DNA of 36,342 bases, from the NCBI GenBank assembly GCA_003509895.1, contig DOMJ01000004.1, forward strand, positions 1-36,342, read 5' to 3'. The notes below the pieces were generated by a model. The model was not told where the DNA came from, searched no databases, and saw only the letters and a list, made by a program, of their open reading frames with translations. The DNA comes from Candidatus Uhrbacteria bacterium (lineage in GTDB: Bacteria; Patescibacteriota; Patescibacteriia; UBA9934; UBA11717). This document shows positions 23,863 to 32,604 of the stretch, one piece after another (position 1 is the stretch's first letter; the number at the start of each line of letters is the position of its first letter). The position numbers and the translations under genes are program-made.

Positions 23863-25602
23863 CTAGGCGGCGAGGTGTTGTTGATCTCCCTTATTGCCCT
23901 CTTCCGACGATTGGCTCGGTTGACGTTTGCCCAGCAGGTCTTGCAGTTCTGTCCATTCGCTTTCTGTGAGCGGTCTCTCTACCAATTGCCTCTGGCGCGC
24001 CTCTTCAATAAGCATGTCTATTTCTTGCCTCTCCGCTCCCTCCAACTCAACAGGCTCTAAAAGCGGCGGCCCTCCAATCGTTGCAAGAACATCCTGTGCC
24101 AAGATACACACAATCTCCGCATCCTCACGCGTGCGAATTGCAGCACATTCTTTTTTTAACAAGGCTATTTGGTATCCTCGCTCGGCCTCCGCATCTCCAT
24201 TGTACAGGGCAAACTGTTTATCCACGGCGTCTACCAAGCGTTGAGCCTCCTGTTTTGTTTGCGTTTCTCCTTCCTCGGCCAATGCCAACACCTCTTTTTG
24301 ACGCACAAAATCATACTCCCTTTCCTCAAACAACTCGTCCAGGATATCCGAAAGCGTTTCCGATAGCACATGCATGTCCATTCCTAGTCCATCGGCGTAT
24401 TTTTGCCAGGCTGCAACACGTTCTCCCTTCTCTGCGTTTGCATGCGGCAAAACAATATCCCATGTCAATTCTGCCAGTCGCAATTCTGCAGGGCTCAACG
24501 GTTGCCCCGTTTGTTGCGTAATAAATGTTTGAATCGATTCGCGACTTGTTGCCGTTTTATAAAACGTTCCATGGATTTGCTCTTCTATTTGTACAAGTAG
24601 GGGCCGCTGTATTTTAATCCGATCAAGGGAAACAAGGCGCAACCACCGCGCTAAGCACATGCCAAGGGAATACAGGTCTTCCAACGACTTTTGTTGCATA
24701 CCGCCAGCATAGATCTCCGGCGCTGCATAGCGCGGGGTTCCACTAAAATCGTCTTTTCTTCTTGGCACATCTATGTGCTCCGCTAAACCAAAGTCCACCG
24801 CGCGCGCCAAATGCGGCAGTTCCTGATCCATGCGAATATTGTTGGGCTTAATGTCTCCATGAGACCAGCCGAGGCGATGTAGGCTCTGTATGTGCTGTAC
24901 CACCGATTCCATGGCAACCGCCCCTATTGCCCTCTCTGTGTGCGCCCTGTCTGCCGTGTTATAAAAATCAAATGCGTCTAATGATGCCTGCATATCTTCT
25001 CCCGGTAAAAACGCCAGCAGCATACCAAGCGCTCGCTCACCATGCGCATCTTCTACGCGTCGCAGGTCTTGTAGTGCGCCAATTTTTATAGAAGCCGCAA
25101 TCTCTTGTTCAAGATGTCTTTTTCTGTCTCCAATCTGCTCAATGTCAGTGCGTAACTCTGCTCCAGACGGCAGACTTGCCACTTCCTTATAATGTTTTTC
25201 TATTTCCTTTCGTGAGGGTTCGTAGAGATATTTCATGGCAGCCACACGCCCGCGTGGTCCGATCATGGCTCGCTCCCATCCGGCGCGAGGAGTCTGACGC
25301 ACCCGAAACACCTCTCCAAAAGCCCCTCTCCCAAGACGATCCTCAACATGCCAATCCTTACCAAATAATTGCACAAATTCTTCTTGTTGCTCGAGTGAAA
25401 ATAAACTCGCAGATTCTATCATCTGCACCGGAAACACCTCCAATGCGACTCCTTCATTCTCCGTAAGAGCATGCGGTAATTCTTTTTCCTCGGTGAGATC
25501 TATCTCCGCACTCTCCTCTGATAATTCCAATTCCCCCGCACGTGCGGCCTTACGCGCGGCGGTTTCTTCTGCCCAGCCTACATGATGTCCTCCAAAATCC
25601 AT
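23863..25602 (-). CDS. Ser/Thr protein kinase (Hanks type) with a long C-terminal extension
   Basis: GRGAFGEVFRV glycine loop, HGDIKPNNIR catalytic loop, VDFGLAE, and GTPRYAAPE. Confidence 0.85.
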   Translation of the reverse strand: MDFGGHHVGWAEETAARKAARAGELELSEESAEIDLTEEKELPHALTENEGVALEVFPVQMIESASLFSLEQQEEFVQLFGKDWHVEDRLGRGAFGEVFRVRQTPRAGWERAMIGPRGRVAAMKYLYEPSRKEIEKHYKEVASLPSGAELRTDIEQIGDRKRHLEQEIAASIKIGALQDLRRVEDAHGERALGMLLAFLPGEDMQASLDAFDFYNTADRAHTERAIGAVAMESVVQHIQSLHRLGWSHGDIKPNNIRMDQELPHLARAVDFGLAEHIDVPRRKDDFSGTPRYAAPEIYAGGMQQKSLEDLYSLGMCLARWLRLVSLDRIKIQRPLLVQIEEQIHGTFYKTATSRESIQTFITQQTGQPLSPAELRLAELTWDIVLPHANAEKGERVAAWQKYADGLGMDMHVLSETLSDILDELFEEREYDFVRQKEVLALAEEGETQTKQEAQRLVDAVDKQFALYNGDAEAERGYQIALLKKECAAIRTREDAEIVCILAQDVLATIGGPPLLEPVELEGAERQEIDMLIEEARQRQLVERPLTESEWTELQDLLGKRQPSQSSEEGNKGDQQHLAA

Positions 25603-25604
25603 AC

Positions 25605-26915
25605 TTATGTGCTAAGCCATTTTCCATATTGTCGCACAAGCACTTCCGGCGCCTTGAGCGGTTCCGCCATAAGCTCCTTTACAATCTTTTCCATGCGTGC
25701 ACCCTGTGATCCTTTTACCAACAAAACGTCGCCTCGCTTCATGCGCTCTTGCAAAAATCGTCCGGCATCAACCGAGTTGGCATAGGTATACACCTGCGTT
25801 TGCGCCATCCCATGTTCCAATGCGGAGCGCGCAGCATCTCGTGCGTGTTCACCAACCGTCACAAAAAGATCAATCGGCAGTGAGGCGACGTGCTTCCCTA
25901 CATCTGCGTGCGCCTGTTTAGAATATCGACCTAACTCGAGCATATCTCCAATTGCGGCAATCCGCTGAGAGATTGGATTAATCGGAACGCTGCAGAGTAC
26001 CTCTAAGGCTGCATGAACGGCTTCGGGCGATGCGTTATACGTGTCGTCTATAAGCAGGGCAGCGATAATGCCGGGTAACAACCGTAATCGACCCGGCATG
26101 GGCACATAGTTGGCAACATTTTTTGCAATGGTGTCCGGCGACAATCCAAGCTGTAACGCAACCGCCGCGCCCGCCAAAACGGACCGTACATGCGTATCTC
26201 CAATCACGTCCTTCATCACCACGGGCACGGAATCCCTTCCCATTTTTAATAAAAACGTAAGCCGAGATAGTGATTCACCTACAAGCGTCTCTCCATTTGG
26301 CCGCATGTCTACATGAATATCTTGCGCGGTGATATCTGCCAATCCAAGTCCGTAACTCACCACGGAACCTTTCGCGAGATGGCACATATCCGCCACGTTA
26401 CCATCATCGGCGTTTAAAATAGCAATCCCGTCTGCCGCAAGACCACGAATAAGTGATCCCTTTTCTTCCTTCACGTCCTCTAATGTGCCAAAAAATTCTG
26501 CGTGCGCCACTCCCACGGCCGTCACTACCGCTATGTAGGGCTTGGCAATCTGACACAGGTATTGAATATCTCCACGTGCGTCCGCGCCGTACTCAAGCAC
26601 CAAAATCTCCGGATAATTATGTGCGCCACCCAAAGAACAACGCCAGCCGCGCCAAAGCACGGCTAGCCATCCAAAAAACGAACGCCCCGGAGACCGTTCA
26701 CCCAAAATAGTCAGGGGAACGCCAATCTCATTGTTATAGTTTTCCCCTGTTGCTCGTACGCGACGCGTGGAACCAATCGCCGCCACAATAGCATGGCGCG
26801 TAGATGTTTTACCCACGGACCCGGTAATGGCAATAACTTTCGGCTTGTAAGCGCGAAGTGTTTTTTTAGCAAGGTGTGCAAGAACTCGTTGAAGAAGATG
26901 TTTCATACAGGACAA
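25605..26915 (-). CDS. murF: UDP-MurNAc-tripeptide--D-Ala-D-Ala ligase
   Basis: Mur-ligase P-loop ITGSVGKTSTR and the MurF-type IDDTYNASPEA motif. Located directly after ftsI. Confidence 0.8.
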   Translation of the reverse strand: MSCMKHLLQRVLAHLAKKTLRAYKPKVIAITGSVGKTSTRHAIVAAIGSTRRVRATGENYNNEIGVPLTILGERSPGRSFFGWLAVLWRGWRCSLGGAHNYPEILVLEYGADARGDIQYLCQIAKPYIAVVTAVGVAHAEFFGTLEDVKEEKGSLIRGLAADGIAILNADDGNVADMCHLAKGSVVSYGLGLADITAQDIHVDMRPNGETLVGESLSRLTFLLKMGRDSVPVVMKDVIGDTHVRSVLAGAAVALQLGLSPDTIAKNVANYVPMPGRLRLLPGIIAALLIDDTYNASPEAVHAALEVLCSVPINPISQRIAAIGDMLELGRYSKQAHADVGKHVASLPIDLFVTVGEHARDAARSALEHGMAQTQVYTYANSVDAGRFLQERMKRGDVLLVKGSQGARMEKIVKELMAEPLKAPEVLVRQYGKWLST

Positions 26916-26933
26916 AAACGCAGCTCTAAACGG

Positions 26934-28751
26934 CTATCGTTCTGGGGGAATTTGTTTATAGTGTAGCAGAAAATCCGCAATCTCCCCAAACAGAGGAGCG
27001 GCTGTTCCCGTGGCCCATTGGGAAGAACGCGGGTGATCAATACGCGTCAGCATCACAAACCGAGGATCGCGTGCCGGACCGTATCCCACAAATGTAGCAA
27101 TCGTCTCATCTGACTTGTAGCCCGTGCCACTGTCATTGGCCACCTGTGCCGTTCCTGTTTTTCCAGCGATATAGTATCCATCCACCTTCGCCGGACCCGC
27201 ATGCCCATTTTCTACCACGGAGACAAGCATTGCCGTTACAAGTTGGGCTGTTTTTGACGAGATCACTTGGCGCAATTGTTCTGGTTCTGTCGCCTCTACT
27301 GTTCCATCCGGATATCGAATCTCCTTTACAATGTAGGGTTGCATCATCGCTCCTCCGTTTGCAAGGGCCGTAAAAGCGCGTGCCATTTGTAGCGGAGTAA
27401 CCGTTAATCCTTGCCCGTAAGAGCTTGTTGCCGAGTAAATTTCTTGCCCTTTATCCACAGCGCTAATTTCTCCCTGTACCTCACTGTTGAGTGGGATACC
27501 GATCGCTTCACCAAATCCAAAGTCATGCACATACCGCGCAAACACATCCCCGCCCATTTTGCGCATCACAAAAATCATTCCGGTATTGAGCGACCTTTCC
27601 AGCACATTTGTCATTGTTTGGATACCGTTTGCCTTTAAGTCAGAATTGCGAATCGTAAAACGATCAATTTTTTCTTCACCTGTATCGTTGTAGGTCATAT
27701 TGGGCGTTACCACTCCCGAATCTAACCCCGCCGCCATAATCAATGGTTTAAAAACAGAACCCGGTTCATACGCAGAAAAAATCGTCTGATTATTATATGT
27801 TGCAACCGATTCAACCTCGCTGTAAGCGTTTGGATTATAGGTTGGCACTCCACACATGGCCCAAATAGCTCCCGTTTTTGCATCCAAAATAATCAGTGAT
27901 CCACTATCGGCATCAAATCGATCTACGTTCTCTTGCAGCTTTGTGCAGGCAACGTGCTGAATAGTGCGATCAAGCGTTAACACAAGATCGGCACCGTCCT
28001 GCGCACTTTGCAAGTTGCGTGCACCTATACTGATCCAGTTTCCTTTTGCATCCAATTCAGAAAACAAAAACCCAGGCTGACCCGCAAGCGTCTCATTAAA
28101 GTATCCTTCCAAGCCGTATTTCCCACTGGATGTTCCATCGGCATCTTCACTCACAAACCCGGTTATATGGGCCGTTGTTTCCTCTTCCGGGTAATAGCGA
28201 AATTGTTCACGGAGCAAATGAATTCCCGAAAGATTCGCCAAATGAATCTCATTGCCGACTTCCTCCGATACGCGGCGTTTAATCGGTTCGTATGGGTCGT
28301 CGGCTTTTTGAAGTTGTGCCAAAACGCGATCATATTCGGATGGGCTTTGTTCTGTTTTTCCCTCCTCGTTTATAGATTCAACAACCTCGTGAGACAATCC
28401 GAGGATATCGGAAAGCACCTGCGCCGTTCTGACAGGGTCGTCCACCTTGCGCGGCTCCGCCCAAACCAGGTTAAGATATTGATTTGTGGCAATGGCGACC
28501 TCTGTTCCATTTGCATCCTGCACAATAAGGGATCCACGTTGTGGGTAGAGATCTTTGTAGAGCTCCCGTTGACCACTCGCCAATGCCTCATACACTCCAT
28601 GTTTGAGCACCTGTAAGTACCCAAGACGGACAATTAAAATCGCCGCCGCCAAAAAAAATCCCGCCTGCAAAAGCCGAATACGGCGTGGATGTATAGCCGA
28701 CACGGAACGTTTGCCGTAATGCGTACGTGTTTTAGAGGTTTTTTGTGTCAT
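26934..28751 (-). CDS. ftsI: Class B penicillin-binding protein / peptidoglycan transpeptidase
   Basis: N-terminal TM anchor, SVFK (SxxK) and KTGTA motifs; 605 aa. Confidence 0.85.
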   Translation of the reverse strand: MTQKTSKTRTHYGKRSVSAIHPRRIRLLQAGFFLAAAILIVRLGYLQVLKHGVYEALASGQRELYKDLYPQRGSLIVQDANGTEVAIATNQYLNLVWAEPRKVDDPVRTAQVLSDILGLSHEVVESINEEGKTEQSPSEYDRVLAQLQKADDPYEPIKRRVSEEVGNEIHLANLSGIHLLREQFRYYPEEETTAHITGFVSEDADGTSSGKYGLEGYFNETLAGQPGFLFSELDAKGNWISIGARNLQSAQDGADLVLTLDRTIQHVACTKLQENVDRFDADSGSLIILDAKTGAIWAMCGVPTYNPNAYSEVESVATYNNQTIFSAYEPGSVFKPLIMAAGLDSGVVTPNMTYNDTGEEKIDRFTIRNSDLKANGIQTMTNVLERSLNTGMIFVMRKMGGDVFARYVHDFGFGEAIGIPLNSEVQGEISAVDKGQEIYSATSSYGQGLTVTPLQMARAFTALANGGAMMQPYIVKEIRYPDGTVEATEPEQLRQVISSKTAQLVTAMLVSVVENGHAGPAKVDGYYIAGKTGTAQVANDSGTGYKSDETIATFVGYGPARDPRFVMLTRIDHPRSSQWATGTAAPLFGEIADFLLHYKQIPPER

Positions 28752-28770
28752 TTGCCTTTAGTATACCACC

Positions 28771-28799
28771 TTGACAAAATCCGCATTTTCTGATAGGTT
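28771..28799 (+). promoter_or_regulatory. Promoter of GC-rich cassette B, 20 bp from the divergent ftsI start codon
   Basis: TTGACA-N17-TAGGTT in the context CTTGACAAAAT. Confidence 0.55.
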
Positions 28800-28912
28800 A
28801 GACCGTCACATTCCGTCTGAGGTTTGTGCAAAATTCACCAGAAGCAGGCCTGTTTAAGGCTATGCAACACATTTAATTTGATCTGCGCCTACGTGCGCGA
28901 GAGGAGGACGCG

Positions 28913-31060
28913 ATGAGCGTGAAGAAGATTGGTTGGATGGGCTTCCACTCGGGTCGTCCGCATTTGGACGACTTGTTGGCAGCCGTGGTTGGATTCCTGC
29001 TTGGCCTCTTTGAGGTCGAGTTCATGGATCCCGAGTGCTCGGTGAACCTGATCCTGGACGCGAGCGGCATCTCCAATGCCCTGGCGCGCCAGATGAGCGA
29101 GACGGGGCGGGACGCCAACGGTGTGCAACTGCACGCCGCGTGGATCGGTACCACCCCCAACGGTGGGCCCTCCCTCGTCTCCGAGGGCGACCAGTGGTGG
29201 TCGCCCTACGACGAGCACGGGAGTGGCAACCCCGCGGACTCGGCCACGGAGCTTATGCTCCATCTGGCCGGAGACGACAAGGCCATTGGCCGGCGGCTCC
29301 AGACCATCTTCCGGGGATGGGGCATCCGCGCCTCGGAGGCGCAGGTCGCGGAGTCGGTGGAAAAGCTCCACCACTTTGTGGCCTACACTACCATGAAGGA
29401 CAACTTTCCCGTCGCCATGCGCGGCGGAATCAGCTGGCTCCTCAAGCAGCTGAACCGGGTGTCCTGCTTCCAGATCGGAGAAGGTGGAAGGATCCGGGAG
29501 GAGTCCTACTCCTCCCAGGAGGTCCTCCGGGACCTCCGGTGGATCTACCGCCTGCTCGTCACCTACATGACGAGCAACCTGCAGATTGAGACCTCCGATC
29601 TGGCCGCCGTGGACCAGGAGATGGTTCACTGGTACCTCGGTCGCGAGGACGTGAACCAGGTATGGAAGCCGGACACCGCTCCGCGCACGATGGCGGAGCT
29701 GACGGTCATGGTCCGGGGGGAGGTGCGCCGAAAGGCGCTGGAGGCCAAAAAGGCCAACCGGGCGTTCAGCCCGCCCTCCACGCTGCTCCGCCGTTTGCGG
29801 AGCCTCACCACACTGGTGAGTGACCTGCGCAACCCAGCCGATTGGACATCGGTGGAGGCATGGATGCTCCACCAGTGGATCGGGGCCAGGAAGATCCACC
29901 TCGGGATGGACGTGGGCAACACCACGACCATCCAGGAGGTGATCGCCAACCTCGCCGCCCGCGCGGAAGCTCTCAAGGAGAGCGCGCGGGCGGACGCAGT
30001 CCGCCAGCAGGAGAAGCTGGAGGGCTGGATCCGACAGCTGCAGGAGATGCAGCTGCGCGTGGAGGACGAAAAGCAGACCCGCCAGCTGATGGCGGGAGAT
30101 GAACGGATGGACGAGCGGACCGCCGCCTCCCCCTACGGGGTGGTGGCGACCACCGTCCTGCTCCTGCGGCGTTCCCGCCGCAGGGACGGCCTGGCCTTCC
30201 CCGAGGGTCAGGCCGTGGCCCAGGAGTACCTCTTCATGGCGCTGGATGCGCTGTGGGGAAAGATGCTCCTTGCGGAGGCAGCCTCCCGTCAGATCCAGGA
30301 GGCACAGGAGGACCCCACCTGTACGCCGGCCATCGCGGCCGACTGGCAGGTGAAGGGAGTGGAGCAGCCGGGACTGCTCCACTCCGATGGCATCAACCCC
30401 GAGACCCCGGCGGAGGCCCGCCGGATCTTGGGCAAGGGCCAGGTGGGTGGTCGCCAGGTGAAGCGTTTCCCGCTGATCCTGGTCACCTGCGAGAAGCTGC
30501 CAGACGGGACTCCCTTTGGGAGCGCCTATCTAGGAGCTGACCAGCGGTACTTCGGTACCGACTGGACGGACGGATTCTTCCGTCACCTCGCGTCCTGGCT
30601 CCGAGTCATGGAACTCCGGCGCCAGGGCAACCCGTTGCCGGAGGACCTCGATACCCTCGAGGCGCCGGACAAGGTGCAAGACCACGTCTGGTTCCTGCAC
30701 CTCAACGGGGACGGAAAGGCCGTCCAGGTGATGGCAAAGAGCCTCCACCGCCGGGATTCACCCGGTACGGAGCTGGACGCCAAGCAGGAGATCCTGCCCG
30801 CCCAACTGGCGGTCTACACGGTCTTCTGTGCGTGGCGTGCTGTCGGAGTCTTTGGCAGCCAGCAAGGCCGCCTCAACCTCCGGGCGCGAGACAGCGCCCT
30901 GCGGGCGCTCCGCCACCGCCTCGCCTCCACCGCCGACATGGCCGCGGAGCTGCAGCTCATCCTGAGCGAGCTCCGCAGCCAGATCGTCATCCACCAGGCC
31001 GCCGTCCTCCCCCTACGGGAGTCGAAGGCGCCGGGTGAAGAGCTCGCCCCCACGAGCTAA
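28913..31060 (+). CDS. GC3-rich orphan protein B (715 aa), Trp/Arg-rich with a central coiled-coil-like segment
   Basis: GAGGAGG SD 6 nt before the ATG. 715 stop-free codons in sequence where I counted 40/60 and 44/60 G+C in two sample lines, with pronounced G/C at third positions. No catalytic motif recognised. Confidence 0.7.
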   Translation: MSVKKIGWMGFHSGRPHLDDLLAAVVGFLLGLFEVEFMDPECSVNLILDASGISNALARQMSETGRDANGVQLHAAWIGTTPNGGPSLVSEGDQWWSPYDEHGSGNPADSATELMLHLAGDDKAIGRRLQTIFRGWGIRASEAQVAESVEKLHHFVAYTTMKDNFPVAMRGGISWLLKQLNRVSCFQIGEGGRIREESYSSQEVLRDLRWIYRLLVTYMTSNLQIETSDLAAVDQEMVHWYLGREDVNQVWKPDTAPRTMAELTVMVRGEVRRKALEAKKANRAFSPPSTLLRRLRSLTTLVSDLRNPADWTSVEAWMLHQWIGARKIHLGMDVGNTTTIQEVIANLAARAEALKESARADAVRQQEKLEGWIRQLQEMQLRVEDEKQTRQLMAGDERMDERTAASPYGVVATTVLLLRRSRRRDGLAFPEGQAVAQEYLFMALDALWGKMLLAEAASRQIQEAQEDPTCTPAIAADWQVKGVEQPGLLHSDGINPETPAEARRILGKGQVGGRQVKRFPLILVTCEKLPDGTPFGSAYLGADQRYFGTDWTDGFFRHLASWLRVMELRRQGNPLPEDLDTLEAPDKVQDHVWFLHLNGDGKAVQVMAKSLHRRDSPGTELDAKQEILPAQLAVYTVFCAWRAVGVFGSQQGRLNLRARDSALRALRHRLASTADMAAELQLILSELRSQIVIHQAAVLPLRESKAPGEELAPTS

Positions 31061-31093
31061 CCCCCTCCTGCACATGGAGGGACGCGAAAAAAG

Positions 31094-31130
31094 AGGGGCT
31101 CCGCAATCTGCGTGAGCCCCTTTTCCTTTT
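31094..31130 (+). terminator. Terminator of cassette B, homologous to the cassette A terminator
   Basis: AGGGGCTC-CGCA-ATC-TGCG-T-GAGCCCCT followed by TTTCCTTTT. Confidence 0.75.
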
Positions 31131-31140
31131 ATCTCTTTTT

Positions 31141-31500
31141 CTATTGTGCCGCAGCGATCGCTGCAACAAGTTTTGCCCTGAGACCCGTGAACGCCGTAAC
31201 GGCTGCCTCATAATCTTCATCTCGAATCGCACGCGATCCCACATACCCTTCTTCCTCCCACGCGCTCAGCTGCGTAGCATCGACACCTGCAGTACTCGCA
31301 TCAATGAGCAATTGACCAACTTCGAGCATCAAATTCAACGACTCCGTTTTTGCAGCACTGTTCATAACAGGTACTGTGGCGCTTGGCACCTCTTGCGGAG
31401 GAGCCGCGATCGGTTCTGGCGTAATCGAATCAGATGGTTGAGAAAAACACCCGGCTCCTAAAAAAGAAACAGCCGCCAGAGATAAAATGAGTTTGTTCAT
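31141..31500 (-). CDS. Small lipoprotein
   Basis: Signal peptide with lipobox: MNKLILSLAAVSFLGAGC. Confidence 0.7.
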   Translation of the reverse strand: MNKLILSLAAVSFLGAGCFSQPSDSITPEPIAAPPQEVPSATVPVMNSAAKTESLNLMLEVGQLLIDASTAGVDATQLSAWEEEGYVGSRAIRDEDYEAAVTAFTGLRAKLVAAIAAAQ

Positions 31501-31727
31501 ATGTTTTGAATCACATCAATAAGTTTTTGTGTAAAAGGAAACAGTCGCAAAATCGCAAGCACGATGGCCACCACAACGGTTGCGCCAATCGCCGAACCAA
31601 CCCCACGAATCACACCCGCACCAAACTGCAAGCCCACAAACTTTCTACGATTTCCGGCAAAAGAAAACCCGTCTATCTTCTGTACCCGATCCAGATTTGC
31701 GTTGAGACGCTTAATCTCGTGTAACAT
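31497..31727 (-). CDS. Small membrane protein (76 aa from ATG 31727)
   Basis: AGGAGG SD precedes the internal ATG (MLHEIKRLN...). C-terminal TM segment GATVVVAIVLAILRLF. The track start is 31754. Confidence 0.55.
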   Translation of the reverse strand: MLHEIKRLNANLDRVQKIDGFSFAGNRRKFVGLQFGAGVIRGVGSAIGATVVVAIVLAILRLFPFTQKLIDVIQNI

Positions 31728-31767
31728 TGCCTTCCCTCCTATTTCTTTTTTCATACGAACAGTATAC

Positions 31768-31798
31768 CAAAAACCCCCGAGCTCGCGGGCATCGGGGG
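31768..31798 (-). terminator. Intrinsic terminator about 180 nt downstream of the 192-aa gene
   Basis: Minus strand CCCCCGATGC-CCGCGA-GCTCGGGGG followed by TTTTT. Confidence 0.7.
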
Positions 31799-31980
31799 TG
31801 TGGGTAGTTACAAGGCGGGCAGAGGTTCTGCGATTGGGTAGTCAAACCAGAAGGCAACGGAAATATCTGTGATTTGTTTGTTCCAGGTGCCTCCGTAGAG
31901 GCTTCGTTGAGAAGGAACCATCCACATTGAATCAACCCGAGGCCGCGGTACCCTTAATACGATTATCCACTGAAGAAAGG

Positions 31981-32559
31981 TTACTCGTCATAGGAATCTT
32001 TGAGCAGTTGTACATAGGCATCCTGCTCTGCGCGTGACGTGTAATAAGCAATAGATTCATCCAGTATGCTGAGTGTTTTGATAGATTGTTTTTCTCCTTT
32101 TGCCCACTTTGCAATCCACTCTCCCGCCTCTCTTTCATCTTCAACGATTGCGTCACACGGGACGGCAACAAACGGATGTTTCCAATCTGTATGGACCCGT
32201 CCGCCGATCTCCTTCTGCGATTTATAAAACTTCCCCCCAAGCGGAGCGATGCCTACGAGCGGTTTCTGGTAGTATTTCGCAATCAGCATTTCCTGCGAGC
32301 CGCCCACACTTATATCATCGGTGAGATTCACGATCACAACATCTGCCATCTGAATCAACGTGCAGTCTCGGCCAAAAATAAATTGTGCGTCCGTTTCCGG
32401 TAACAAAAATGTCTCTGATTCCTTGGTTGGATCTACATTGATGACTGGCACGTGTACATGACGCGAGAGTGCCAAACAAAACGCGTCACGCCAATCATGC
32501 GTGCCAAAGACCGATTCTTTTGAGACCTTGCCGGCAACATACACATAAATCTGTTTCAT
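31981..32559 (-). CDS. Nucleoside 2-deoxyribosyltransferase-like protein
   Basis: IYVYVAGKV...WRD...ADVVIVNLTDDISVGGSQEMLIAKYYQKPLVG fits the fold pattern as I remember it (N-terminal AG, then G-[ST]-x-x-E-[ILM]). It neighbours nrdJ. Confidence 0.45.
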   Translation of the reverse strand: MKQIYVYVAGKVSKESVFGTHDWRDAFCLALSRHVHVPVINVDPTKESETFLLPETDAQFIFGRDCTLIQMADVVIVNLTDDISVGGSQEMLIAKYYQKPLVGIAPLGGKFYKSQKEIGGRVHTDWKHPFVAVPCDAIVEDEREAGEWIAKWAKGEKQSIKTLSILDESIAYYTSRAEQDAYVQLLKDSYDE

Positions 32560-32604
32560 ACCTTTTAAGACAAGAAAGCGGAGGGTGTCCTCCGCTTCTG
32601 TTAT

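Noticed and set aside
28889-30382. 497-aa ORF antisense to cassette B, plus many 60-180-aa ORFs in all frames between 29035 and 31244.
   Set aside because: When the sense strand has G/C at most third positions, the in-phase antisense frame cannot form T-initial stop codons. The translations are Leu/Arg/Gly/His/Pro junk with no SD. The plus-strand frame is longer and has an SD, a promoter and a terminator.
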